This document shows positions 52,001 to 63,159 of a stretch of 64,000 bases of DNA, in pieces (position 1 is the stretch's first letter; the number at the start of each line of letters is the position of its first letter). Under the pieces are notes generated by a model. The model ran no database searches, was not told the DNA's origin, and saw only the letters and a list, made by a program, of their open reading frames with translations. Location: positions 26,290,001 through 26,354,000 of the forward strand of contig CM059433.1 of the NCBI GenBank assembly GCA_030390025.1, written 5' to 3'. Source of the DNA: Squalus acanthias (lineage: Eukaryota). A program made the translations under genes and the position numbers.

Positions 52001-52634
52001 GTAAGGGGATTTGAGTACAGGAGTAGGGAGGTGATGCTGCAGTTGTACAGGGCCTTGGTGAGGCCACACCTGGAGTATTGTGCGCAGTTTTGGTCTCCTA
52101 ACTTAAGGAAGGACATTCTTGCTATTGAGGGAGTGCAGCGAAGGTTCACTAGATTGATTCCTGGGATGGCCGGACTGACATATCAAGAAAGATTGGGTCA
52201 ACTGAACTTGTATCCTCTGGAGTTCAGAAGAATGAGGGGGGATCTTATAGAGACATTTAAAATCCTGACTGGTTTAGACAAATTAGATGCGGGCAGAATG
52301 TTCCCAATGGTAGGGAAAACTAGAACCAGGGGTCACAGTCTAAGGATTAAGGGGAAGCCATTTAGGACTGAGCTGAGGAGGAACTTCTTCACCCAGAGAG
52401 TGGTGAATCTATGGAATTCTCTTCCACAGAAGGTTGTTGAGGCCAGTTCGCTAAATATATTCAAAAGGGAGTTAGATATAACACTCACAACTAAGGGGAT
52501 CAAGGGGTATGGCGAGAAAGCAGGAATGGGGTACTGAGGTAGCATGTTCAGCCATGAACGCATTGAATGGCGGTGCAGGCTCGAAGGACCGAATGGTCTA
52601 CTCCTGTACCTATTTTCTATGTTTCTATGTTTCT
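49023..52634 (+). mobile_element. Young CR1-B, 5'-truncated in ORF1, nested in CR1-A
   Basis: Esterase ORF 49053-49553, ORF2, tail (TATGTTTC)n, no TSD. Confidence 0.96.
49601..52537 (+). CDS. CR1 ORF2 (APE endonuclease + RT), 978 aa, uninterrupted
   Basis: NARS, TETW, GDFN, SDH, PQGSVLGP and FADD motifs present. Confidence 0.92.
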   Translation: MQSETNVRRVRNNRGRPSKQRQETQRAILNHKSKRTKDVNKTSLKALCLNARSIRNKVDELTVQIDVNGYDVIGITETWLQNNQGWELNIQGYSTFRKDRIKGKGGGVALLVKEEINAIARKDISLEDVESIWVQLQNTKGQKTLVGVVYRPPNSSSEVGEGMKQEIRGACKKGTAVIMGDFNMHIDWATQTGSNTVEEDFLECLRDGFLNQYVEEPTRGEAILDWVLCNEEGLISNLVVRGPLGKSDHSMVAFYIRMEKETVKSETMVQNLNKGNFEGMRRELARLNWQAIFKGLSVEGQWQTFRDRMDELQQLYIPVWRKNKKGKVAQPWLTREIRDSIKTKEVAYKLARSSSKPGDWENFKTQQRRTKGLIRAGKIKYERKLAENIKMDCKSFYKYVKRKRLVKTNVGPLQSETGEVVMGNKEMADQLNKYFGSVFTVEDTHNLPEIKGVRGSGKREELREILISREKVLGKLMGLKAEKSPGPDGLHPRVLKEVALEIVDALTIIFQHSLDSGSVPMEWRVANVTTLFKKGGREKAGNYRPVSLTSVVGKMMEAIIKDVITDHLESGDMIGPSQHGSVKGKSCLTNLLEFFEDVSNRVDRGEPVDVVYLDFQKAFDKVPHKRLVSKVKAHGIGGNVLTWIENWLAHRKQRVGVNGYFSEWQAVTSGVPQGSVLGPQLFTLYINDLDEGIKCNISKFADDTKLGGSVNNEEDARRLQSDLDRLGEWANVWQMKYNVDKCEVIHFGGKNREADYYLNGGRLGKGEVQQDLGIMVHQSLKVGMQVQQAVKKANGMMAFIVRGFEYRSREVMLQLYRALVRPHLEYCAQFWSPNLRKDILAIEGVQRRFTRLIPGMAGLTYQERLGQLNLYPLEFRRMRGDLIETFKILTGLDKLDAGRMFPMVGKTRTRGHSLRIKGKPFRTELRRNFFTQRVVNLWNSLPQKVVEASSLNIFKRELDITLTTKGIKGYGEKAGMGY

Positions 52635-53274
52635 AAACAAAAACTCTACAGGAAAAATGATCCATCCGTGGTGAACTAAAGAAGTTAAGGATAGCATTAG
52701 ATTGAAAGAAGAAGCTTATAATTTTGTGAAGAATAGTAGTAAGTCTGAGGATTGGGAGAGTTTCAGAAACCAGCAAAGGATGACCAAAAAATTGGTAAAA
52801 AGGGAAAAAATAGAATGAGAGAAAACTAGCAAGAAATATAAAAACAGATTGTAACAGCTTCTACAAGTATGTAAAAAGGAAGAGAGTAGCAAAAGTAAAT
52901 GTTGGTCCCTGAGAGGCTGAGACAGGAGAAATTATTACGGGGAATAAGGAAATGGCAGAAACGTTAAACAAATATTTTGTATCTGTCTTCACAGTAGAAG
53001 ACACAAAAAGCATACCAAAAATGGTGGGGAACCAAGGGTCTAATGAGGGTGAGGAACTTAACGTAATTAATATAAGTAGAGAAAAAGTACTAGCGAAACT
53101 AATGCGACTAAAAGCCGACAAATTCCCTGGACCTGACGGCCTACATCCTAGGGTTCTAAAAGAGGTGGCTGCAGAGATATTGGATGCATTGGTTTTGATC
53201 TTCCAAAATTCCCTAGATTCTAGAACAGTCCCAGCGGATTGGAAGGTAGCAAATGTAATACCACTATTCAAGAA

Positions 53275-53370
53275 GAGGACAAAAATGAGAAGTCGCACAA
53301 CACCAGGTTATAGTCCAACAGTTTTATTTGAAATCACGAGCTTTCGGAGCGCTGCTCCTTCATCTCCGCA
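53275..53370 (-). mobile_element. Second Penelope-like terminal fragment with truncated hammerhead and an inverted tip
   Basis: Reverse complement of ~12759-12846, then catctccgca in the plus orientation. Flanked by duplicated TCAAGAA. Confidence 0.78.
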
Positions 53371-54442
53371 TCAAGAAAAGAGGGAGAGAGAAAACAGGAA
53401 ACTACAGGCCAGTTAGCCTGACATCAGTTGTCGGGAAAATGCTGGAATCCATTGTTAAGGAAGTGATATTAGGGCACTTAGAAAGTCATAACATGATTAG
53501 GCAGAGTCAACATGGTTTTATGAAAGGGAAATCGTGTTTGACGAATTTATTAGAGTTTTTTGAGGATGGAACTATCAGGGTAGATAAAGGGGAACCAGTG
53601 GATGTAGTATATTTGGATTTCGAAAAGGCATTCGATAAGGTGCCACATACAAGGATATTACACAAGATAAGGGCTCATGGGGTGGGAGTAATATAGTAAC
53701 ATGGATAGAGGATTGGTTAACGGACAGAAAACAGAGAGTAGGAATAAACAGGTCTTTTTCAGGTTGGCAGGCTGTAAATAGTGGGGTGCCGCAAGGATCA
53801 GTGTTGGGGCCTCAGCTATTCACAATCTACATTAATGGCCTAGATGAAGGGACCGAGTGTAATGTATCCAAGTTTGCTGATGATACAAAGCTAGGTGGGA
53901 CAGTAAGCTGTGAGGAGAACACAAAGGGCTCGATTTTGCCAGGCCCGAGGAGGCGTGTGAGGTGTTAAAATCGCGAAAAATGGCGGGCGGCCCGATCCCG
54001 CCTCCATCCCACCTCCGAGCAATTTTCCCAAATGCGAGTTTTCTGACCCCGTCTCCATCCCGCCTCCAAGAGGCGGGATAGGCCCTTAAGGCCCTTAACA
54101 ACCAGTTAAGTGCCTCTATAATCCCATTTTGAGAGGCCTTTCTGATTTTAACACTTTTCCCACGTGGTTCACGTCTCCTCTGAAACACGCCAGTGAAACC
54201 TGGCGGCAGCACGAGTGGATTGCTTACTAACAGCTGCAGCTCCACCATTAAAAAGGAGTTTTCAGCAATTATCATTTGCAGGTGGCAGAACTTTGTTGTC
54301 TCAGGTCTGGGGGAACTTTTAGCAGGCATACCCGTTGTTGTGGAAGTTTGGAGCCTGACACCCATCTCCAGTGTGACCTCCTGGGAAACCCCTCTCGCCA
54401 CCTTGAATGAGCGCTTCCTCAACTGAGGCATATACCAGAAGC

Positions 54443-54669
54443 ATGGGAACCATTTATTTCCTTTCCTCCTGGACATCAGATTCGGACGAAGACCAGCCGT
54501 GGCAGCAACAGATCCATGAACAACAGCACCACCAACAGCAGCAGCAACAACAGGAGCACCAAGCTGCTGCTCACCCACCTGAAGCTGCACAGGGCAGAAG
54601 GCGCCAGCGTGCGACCACATTGCTGCCCGGGATGCAAGGGACGCACTCCTCTTGGCCAGATTTGCTTAG
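54443..54669 (+). pseudogene. Transposase remnant of H5 (N-terminus fused to the last codons)
   Basis: MGTIYFLSSW...GRRRQR joined to [17 protein letters not shown]. Confidence 0.88.
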
Positions 54670-54920
54670 CCTGCACAATCAAACACTTTTGCCTCGCACC
54701 TTCTTACCAGACCATCGACAATGGCCAAGAACCTGCGGATTCCTATCACTCTGACCACCATACTGACAATTGCAAGTCATCCTCAGTGTGGAAGTCCCAT
54801 TAGCGATATGACAGACGCCACAACTGCAACAATTGCCATCAGAATTTTTTAATTACAATAACCAACTGATGGCTTTTCAACATTAAACATGATATTTCAC
54901 CCAAGTGACTACCCTTGTGA

Positions 54921-56910
54921 CTACTTGTGCATTAGCATCCTCTTACGTGTGCTCCTACGTGGTGCTTCCCCTGTGGCTTCAGCAGATGTGGAGGCCCCTT
55001 GCTTACTTTCTTGCTGCTCCTGTCTCGACATCTTTGGCGGGCGTCCTCTGGGGTTGCGAGCCTGTGAGGGCTCGGCAACAGTCTACTGCTCCTGCGACTG
55101 TGCAGGGGTTGAGACGCCGATCTCAGTTGGGTGGGGACTCTGTTGGGGCTCTGACCGAGGACTTTGCAATGGCATGGTCGTGTGAGCGCTTGGAGAGGAG
55201 CCCCCACTTCCTTGTTGTCTGCCACCAACATCCCTCTCATGGGTCAGCCCCACTTCAGAGCTAGCAAGTGGCTTGACAGCCCCTTGCTGCACTTCAGGGA
55301 GGCCATGAGGACCCGTTTCTGTACTGGAGGTCCTACTCCCGAGAACTTGCCTGAAGGTTTGGTTTGTTTGCTCAATAGCTAACCATCACTCCTCAAGAGA
55401 TGTCAGTCTATTCTGAACAATGACCATGTTTTCCATACCCTGGCGACTAAGCTCCTCGATGGACGTAGCCATCCTCTCCTCTACCGTAGCCATCCTTACC
55501 ATGGAGGTAGCCATCCTTTCCACGGAGGTTGCCATCCTTTCTGTGGTGATGCGTTCATGCGCCAACGCCTCCACAAAGGCTCTGCTCATGTTAGCGATGG
55601 ACTCCTCCATTCGCTCCACACTCGCAGCGACCCTGGAGACAAAACCTGCCAGAGACTCCTGCACCTCTTCCTGGAGTTCCAGCACCGCTCTCCTTCTGGA
55701 TGGACCCGGAGGCAGAGGGTCGACATGCAGCTGAGCCGAGCTGGCAGAGTCCTGCGCCCTCCGACTAGGACTCTCCACTGCTGTCCCTGTCTCCACCATC
55801 TGCTGATGCTCACTTGTGAGCTGTGTTACACCAGGTGACAACATTACACTATCTCGCAAAGATACCACCGAGGTGTGAGTGTCTGCGCTGGTGCTGGGTG
55901 CGCTGAATTCTGCTGACGCTGCGCCCTCAGAGGTTGCAGCTTCCTCTGAGGGGTCTGGAGGCTCAGGCTGTTCCTCCTGGATAGTGGGGACGGGGGCTTT
56001 CGATGGTCTTGTGGGGGAGTAAAGGAAAGAGTCAGAGATGTGAGGCCAAGGTTACATGCACATTAAATATTGCAGATGATCATAAGTCAATCTGTTAGAG
56101 CATCAGATCAATTATCAGTGACTCATGCAATGTCAATGAGAGAGATGAAAAACTATTCTGTCACCAGCTTGCTCTGATGCACCCGTCTGTCCGTCCCCCA
56201 CTTGCGCATCGTCCTCCACTCCCACGATCTCCAGGGCCGCCTCCTCCCAGGGGGTGAGCTGGGCTACTGAGGGTGGCCCTCCTCCTGTCCTCACTCTTTC
56301 CCTCTTATTGTGAGCTCTCTTTTCCTGCAATGAGGGAGACAAGTGGAGTTTGAGTGAGAATGAAGGAGTGAGTGTAGAGAATCCATAGCATAGATGGTTA
56401 GAAGGAGACAAAAAAGATTCAGTGAGGTGGTAAGACCAAGGGCCCTCCCTGTGTGTTATAAGTTGTTTTCATAGCATCACAGCGATAGGGAGTGTGAGGG
56501 CTGCATAGTCGAATAGTTAAGTGAATGTGAACATACAGAGAGAGGGAATGGGTAAGGGTGTAGGGATGTCAGTGTCAAGTGGGATGTGGAGGAAGAGGTT
56601 GTCAAAGCTGAGTGCTGGTGAGGAGAGGCAATGGGGATCAGATTAAGGGTGATGGGAAAGTCATACTTACTTTTCCAGTGCACAAAAGGTCATGAAACCT
56701 CTTTCTGCACTGCAGCCAGGTTCTGCGGCACATAGATAAGGACTTGACCTCCTGGGCCACTTGCATCCACACAGCCTTCGTCTGCTGGGGAGGCTTCTTC
56801 CTCCCTGAAGAAGGGAAGAGCACCTGCTTATTCCCTCTTGCTCCCACCACCAGAGCTTGCAGGGCGGCGTCATCAAACCTCGGTGCAGACTTAGGTCTAC
56901 TGCTGGACAT
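54921..56910 (-). pseudogene. Myb/SANT gene of H5 (exons 56671-56910, 56165-56324, 54921-56008)
   Basis: Exons 1 and 2 have the same sizes as in H1 (240 and 160 bp). Premature TGA at 55386; the exon-3 acceptor is altered. Confidence 0.87.
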
Positions 56911-58076
56911 TTTGCCTGGAAGAAACTATCAGAGCAAAGGCCAAAAGGTTTGCAGTCTGCAGAAGAAGCAAGGCTGCTTGCAGGCCTTAAATCCAGCAGC
57001 ATTGATGACATCATCGGAGGCGAGTTTCAGAATGGAAAGACTAATTGGGCCAGGTGTTCCCACACGCTGGAAATCAATTGCCCAATTAGGGGAAAATCAC
57101 ATATTTTTCCCGCATCAAATTGGAGTCGGGTGGCTAACACGAAAAGCAGATGACACGCCCCCAGCCCGCCCCAATGACAAAATCGAGCCCCAAGAGTCTG
57201 CAAAGGGATATAGATAGACTAAGTGATTGGGCAGTAAGTTGGCAGATGGAGTATAATGTAGGGAAATGTGAGGTTATTCACTTTGGTAGGAAGAATAGAA
57301 AAACAGAATATTTTTTAAATGATGAGAAACTTTCAAATGTTGGTGTTCAGAGAGATTTGGGTATCCTCGTGCAAGAAACACAGAAAGCTAGCATGCAGGT
57401 ATAACAAGCAATAAGGAAGGCAAATGACATGTTGGCCTTTATTGCAAGGGGGTTGGAGTATAAGAGTAAAGAAGTCTTGCTACAATCGTATAGAGCCTTG
57501 GTGAGACCACACCTGGAGTACTGTGCACAGTTTTGGTCTCCTTATCTGAGGAAGGATATACTTGCCTTGGAGGCGGTGGAACATAGGTTCACTAGATTGA
57601 TTCCTGGGATGAGGGCTGTCCTATGATGAGAGATTGTGTAGAATGGGCCTATACTCTCTGGAGTTTAGAAGAATAAGAGGTGACTCATTGAAACATACAA
57701 GATTTTGAAGGGAATTGACAGGTTAGATGCTGAGAGGTTGTTTTCCCTGGCTGGAGTGTCTACAACTAGGGGGCATAGTCTCAGGATAAGGGGTAGGCCA
57801 TTTAAGACCGAGATGAGGAGGAATTTCTTCACTCAAAGGGTTGTAAATCTTTGGAATTCTCTGCCCCAGAAGGCTGTGGATGCTGAGTCTTTGAGTATAT
57901 TCAAGGCTGAGATAGATAGATTTTTGGACTCCAGGGGAATCAAGGGGTATGGAGATCGGGCAGGAAAGTGGAGTTGAGGTTGATGATCAGCCATGATCTT
58001 ATTGAATGGCGGAGCAGACTCAAGGGGCCGTATGGCCTACTCCTGCTCCTATTCCTTATGTTCTTATGTTCTTATG

Positions 58077-59128
58077 AGACGGGCAGGGAGCAGGAGGGCA
58101 GTTTTGCAGTCTTGAATCCCAGAAGAACGGGTTTCCCTCAGGTGCTGCTGAATTTAACGGCAGGACCTGATTACCATTTTTGAAATACGTTTCCCGGCCA
58201 CAGCCAGCCAGATTGAGAGGCTAGCTGGCTGTCGGGTGGGTGGGCCTGCGGCACCAGGCCACAGACGAGGAGCATAGCTGAGGGCTGGAGTGATCCGGGG
58301 AGGAGGGGAGAAGATCGCAGAAGGGACCGGAGAGATCGGGGGAGGAGGGGAAAAGATCGTGGAGGGCCCGTGGGGGAGATGGGGGGGAGGGGAGCGGGAG
58401 GAGATCGTGGGCCGTGGAGGACATCGGGATCGGGGGAGGAGGGGACAAGATCGCGGTGGGCCGGAGAGATCGGGGGAGGAGGGGAGAAGGTTGTGGCGGA
58501 CCGGAGAGACAAGGGGAGGAGGGAAGATCACAGAGGGCCAGAGAGATCGGGGCAGGAGGGGAGAAGATCGTGGAAGGGGCCGGTGAGATCAGGAGAGGAG
58601 GGGAGAAGATCGTGGAGGGCCCGTGTGGGACATGGTGGGGCGGGGGGGGCAGGGGGGCGGGGGGGGCGGGAGGAGATCGTGGGCCGTGGAGGACATCGGG
58701 AGGTGCATCAGATTGACGGGAAGGGGCCGGGTCCGATCGCTGGGGAGGTTAACTGGTTTGCTTGGTGGGCTGGGAAGAAGCACTCCTGCTCCTCTTGGCC
58801 CACAAGCAGTGCTGTAAAGTCACTTACCTGTTCCACCCAGCAGTCCTCGCCTCCCTTTAGCTGCCGGGTTTCCCAAGGCCCAGGACACCTAGTCAGCCAG
58901 CGCTAAAGCTGGAACACAGAAATAATCTGCGGCACGCAGACTGCTACAAATATTTAAATGAGGGACCCGCCTCTTGGGAGCGAGTTGTTCGCCCGCCCGC
59001 CATCCCGCCTCCGTTAAAACCGGAAGTGGGTGGGTTTGAGGCAGGTTGGGGTCGGGTATGAAATTTCTTACATTTTTACTTCCCACCCAAACAAACCCAC
59101 CCATTTTTGGGGGTTAAAATCGCCACCC
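58077..59128. mobile_element. Non-autonomous Harbinger-like element with G-rich degenerate repeats (58290-58700)
   Basis: End gttaaaatcgccaccc; homologous to 23812-24400; repeated GGAGAGATCGGGGGAGGAGGGGAGAAGATCG. Confidence 0.68.
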
Positions 59129-59759
59129 GAGCCTCAGATAATACACCACCATCTTGGTGAGCAATCTGCTCAGGAGCAATCTCACCAGAATGTGGCAATT
59201 ACCACAGATGCATTTTTCAATTTATTAAGGACAGTCTTTGATGCCTTTTGGAAGACTAACTGGGTGACTATGCTAGTTTAAATTGCAAAGCTGATGCTAG
59301 ACTTACAGATCTCATCTGATGTTTAACCTTTCCAAAAGGATGTACATTCAGCACCAACCCACTGCCTTTTCACTGCAAAGATGGAGCTAGAAACTTCTGG
59401 GGGGAAAAATTAGGTCGCGCCCCGTTTGGGGCGCAAATATCGTCTGGACGCAAATATTAGCGCCTGGCGCTAATTATCGCCACTGACTGGAAACTTCACT
59501 TTTACCGCCCCGGGAGGTGAGTGGAGCGCTAAATCAGGCGCTGCACACCTGTCTTAAGGCGCAAAGGCCGAGCAGTGAGGCGCTAACTCAGCGCGCGAGC
59601 GCAGCGCAGGTGCTGCCAGTTAGCGAGGGAACACAGACACACTAGCGCCGGCCAGTTCTTAAAGCGGGGGGGGGCCAACTTGCTCCCCAGCCACACCCTG
59701 CTCATTGCAGCCTTGAATCTCGGCCTGGAGAGACCTGTGAATCCATTTTGCTGCCAAGG

Positions 59760-61686
59760 ATGGAGAGGGTGAGAGAACGAGCTCAGCGCTTCACCGAGCG
59801 GGCCTTGGATGCTCTGGTTGGCGCGGTGGAGCGCAGAAGATGTATACTCTTCCCTGAGAGTGGCAGGAGGCCTTTGCCACGCGAGTACAGAAGAGTGTGG
59901 AGGGAGGTGGCTCAGAGCGTCTCCTCCAGGAGCATGGTGCCCAGGACCCATGTTCAATGCCGCAAAAAGTTCAACGACCTCACTCGGGTCGTCAGGGTGA
60001 GTGGCTTTTTCTCAATACCTCTCCATCCCTCCATCTCAACCTCACTCTATGGCCAGAGGGTCTTAAAACCCCAATGCACAACACTCATCCAACACCTATG
60101 GCCCTTTCATGAAACACACACACACATTCCACACTTTGCATACAGTAAGGGCTATTCACCTATGGGAGGCACATCAGGCAAGACCATGGCTGCATACAGT
60201 AAGGGCTATTCACCTATGGGAGGGACATCAGGCAAGACCATGCTGCATACAGTAAGGGCTATTCACCTATGGGAGACACATCAGGCAAGACCATGGCTGC
60301 ATACAGTAAGGGCTATTCACCTATGGGAGGCACATCAGGCAAGACCATGGCTGTATATTTACTCAGATGCTGTCCTTTTACTTGCAGGCCAAGCTGGCGC
60401 ATAATAGGAGACAGCAGCAACGGACAGGTGGAGGGCGGCCTCAGCTGCAACCCCTCAGCGATCTTGAGGAGCGCGTCCACAGGATTGTGGCAAGCCGAGT
60501 GATCGGTCCCGTCGCCACTGGAGACGCCGACCCCGTTCTGGACAGCAATGGTAAGGTCATCACCTTTTTGTCATCTGTCCTTCCACTTGTCCCTCACAAC
60601 ACCAGCCTTTGACACTTTCAATCCAACTTGCTAACTCGCTGCACTTATTCCTCCCTTACTGCCACCCTGTCCTCACGCTAAAGCCACTCTTGTACCTCCC
60701 TGCTTTCAGACGGTGATTCACCAGCTGAGGAGACGGGCCCTGAAGCTGCCAGTGGGAGTGAAGCTGCAGCCGAGGAGGAAGAGGAAGCCGGAGCATCAGT
60801 GCCACCCTCTCCCGAGGAAGCCCATGCCCACACTGGGAACACGCCTTCCCTGGAGGGGAGCAGGGGGGAAGGGTCTGATGAGGGTGAAGCTCCAGGACCC
60901 AGCGGGCTGCAGCAATGCCATGGGGGTAGGGAAGAACGGGGGCCTTCTCCCCAGAGGGAGAGTATGCCAGCGACTCCTACTGCAATGGACGCAGAGGAGG
61001 AGCGGCTGATCGCAGAAATGAACACCCAGGCGGTGGGCATGCACACTGAGCTCATGGGTGCAGTGGGAAGGGTGCCCGAATGCATTGAGTCACTGGCAAG
61101 GAGTGTGGAGCACTTCGCTGTAGCACAGGCGGATGCCACACTAAAGCTTAGTGCTGCAATTCAGTCACTGACTGCCGTGATCCCATCTCTGACTGCTCTC
61201 ATGCAGACTCAGATTGAGGCCACGCGAGCACTGACTGAGGCCAACCTCGATGGTTCGTTCACATGTCCCCGGGGCTCTCACCGCGCCGCAGCAGGCCAGC
61301 AATCTCTGCTCCAGCAGATTGCTCCGGATGCTGAAGTGCTGCCCCTTGAGAGTGCCAGTGTGTCGGTCGAGCAGGGAGTTGCTGTCCTCTCTCACGATGA
61401 CAGCATTCCTGCTGCCAACACTGTCACTTCTCCACTGCACTTGCCACCGCCTGTAGGACAGACTGCTGCCGCCCATGCAGAGTTGGTGCAGTCTGCAGCC
61501 GGGCCCTCCAGGCCCAGAACTGGTCGAGGCCGTCCTTCAGGGGCATCTGCAGTGTCAGGGTCTGACGAGCAGCAGCCTTCCACCAGCCTTGCTGCAGCCA
61601 CTGAGGTCCCATTACGGAGGAGCAGTAGGGTTAGAAGGGGGGAAGTGCGCAAGGGAAGGAGATCACCCTCGAAGGGCAAAAAGTAG
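59760..61686 (+). CDS. Myb/SANT-like DNA-binding protein of H6 (exons 59760-59996, 60388-60550, 60710-61686; 458 aa)
   Basis: RFT..AL..LV..V...W..VA..V.....RT..QCRKKFNDL motif. GT-AG junctions give 237+163+977 = 1377 nt, open to the stop. Confidence 0.88.
60137..60352. repeat. 4 x 54-bp tandem repeat in H6 Myb intron 1
   Basis: Unit TGCATACAGTAAGGGCTATTCACCTATGGGAGGCACATCAGGCAAGACCATGGC. Confidence 0.95.
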
Positions 61687-61998
61687 GAGGTGTGACAAAA
61701 TGCTGGTCATTTTTTTATTAAAGGCCGAGGTTCGTGGTCCAACTTTTGTCTAGTGTTTTGGACATTATCTCCAGGTTGTGAGAACCAGTTATGTTAATGA
61801 CTGTTTTTTTGTGTTTATTTCTATGAGTTTGTCATGAGGAAATGACACACACAGAGTTTGTAAAATAAATAAGTTTTTGTATTCAAAATATACATGTTTG
61901 GTGTTTGGAATCATTGGTGCCTTGGCCGGCTTAGGGGTTGCGTGCTGGGTTCATTGATGTTGTTAGCAATGGCAGAAGCCATTTCCACAGCAGGGGCC

Positions 61999-63159
61999 CT
62001 AGAAGCGGCTTGCTATCAGCCGTTGACGGACGGCCCTTGCAGTTTCACCATTGTGGGCCGCCCTCCCGCCTTGGTGCTGCTGATGATCATCCTCCTTGTC
62101 CTGTTCCTCCACTTCCTCCTCCTCCTCTGGTGGTGCTCCAAGGCCTGGTGGCATTGGCTGGGTCCTGACGATTGCCATGTTATGCAACATGCAGCACACA
62201 ACTACGAAGTTGGATACTCGCTCAGGCGAGTACTGCAGGGCTCCTCCAGAATGGTCGAGACAGCGGAACCATTGCTTCAGCACGCCGATTGTGCGCTCAA
62301 TGATGTTCCTGGTAGCTTGATGGCTCTCGTTGTACCGCAGCTCAGCAGGGGTGTTGGGCGTACGGAGCGGTGTCATCAGCCAGGTGCTCAATGGAAACCC
62401 CTTGTCCCCGAGAAGCCAACCAACTGGCTGATGCGGTGCCTCGAAAAGTTCTGCCACAGTAGTCTGGCGCAGGATGAAAGCATCGTGGCAGCTGCCAGGA
62501 TAGTGGGCATTGACAGCGAGTATCAGCTGTCTGTGGTCACAGACCAACTGAACATTCAAGGAATGGAACCCCTTTCTGTTCCGGAATTCCTCGGCATTCT
62601 CATGTGGAGCACGCAAAGCCACATGCGTGCAGTCAATGGCGCCCTGCACCATGGGGAAGCCCGCTATCCTCGCAAAGCCCAGAGCGCGGTCACGCTGCTT
62701 GTCTGGGGTCATGGGGAAAGAGATGAACTCTCGTCTCCTTTTAAAGAGGGCATTTGTGACCTGCCGAATGCAGCAATGCACCGCGAACTGGGAGATATTG
62801 GCGAGGTCCCCAGCAGCAGCTTGAAATGAGCCAGTAGCATAGAAGTTGAGAGCCACTGTGACCTTCACTGCCACCGACAGAGACGTCCTGGACCTCAGTT
62901 GAGGCTGCAGATCTGGCTGCAGCAGGTGGCAGAGCTCAGTGACCACCTCCTTGCTGAATCGCAGCCTTCGCAAACACAGCTCCTCAGACATATGAATGTA
63001 GGAGAGCTGTTCACGATATACCCTGGGAGGGTAAGCTCTCTTGTACATATGCCTGTTGGCCCTCCTCCGTCTGGCCATCATTGCCACTCTCTCTCTGCGT
63101 CTCTGTGTCCTCCGATTCAGCTGGAGCAGGACGACGCCCCCAATCAGTGCAGCCCCCAT
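61999..63159 (-). CDS. Harbinger DDE transposase (HARBI1-like) of H6, uninterrupted
   Basis: ORF 61999-63228 with likely start MGAALIGG (~63159). Motifs GAIDCTH, GSCHD, LLGDKG and IERTIGVLK; acidic tail. Confidence 0.93.
   Translation of the reverse strand: MGAALIGGVVLLQLNRRTQRRRERVAMMARRRRANRHMYKRAYPPRVYREQLSYIHMSEELCLRRLRFSKEVVTELCHLLQPDLQPQLRSRTSLSVAVKVTVALNFYATGSFQAAAGDLANISQFAVHCCIRQVTNALFKRRREFISFPMTPDKQRDRALGFARIAGFPMVQGAIDCTHVALRAPHENAEEFRNRKGFHSLNVQLVCDHRQLILAVNAHYPGSCHDAFILRQTTVAELFEAPHQPVGWLLGDKGFPLSTWLMTPLRTPNTPAELRYNESHQATRNIIERTIGVLKQWFRCLDHSGGALQYSPERVSNFVVVCCMLHNMAIVRTQPMPPGLGAPPEEEEEVEEQDKEDDHQQHQGGRAAHNGETARAVRQRLIASRF

Larger units (their letters stand above)
53926..57190. 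mobile_element. Harbinger H5 (H1 family, inverted, transposase deleted)
   Basis: TIR GGGCTCGATTTTG at both ends; imperfect TSD aaa/caa; colinear with the reverse complement of H1. Confidence 0.93.
46014..58076 (+). mobile_element. Full-length degraded CR1-A, split by three insertions (segments 46014-49022, 52635-53274, 53371-53925, 57191-58076)
   Basis: ORF1 from ATG 47065 (CxxC..HxCxxC, esterase). ORF2 reads through the junctions KYIPLR|NKNSTGK, PLFKK and EENTK|SLQRDID; tail (TATGTTCT)n. Many stops. Confidence 0.92.

Noticed and set aside
8932..57190. H1/H5 as ends of a composite transposon carrying two exons
   Set aside because: Each has its own insertion site and they are clearly diverged. 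The enclosed exons keep normal order and strand.
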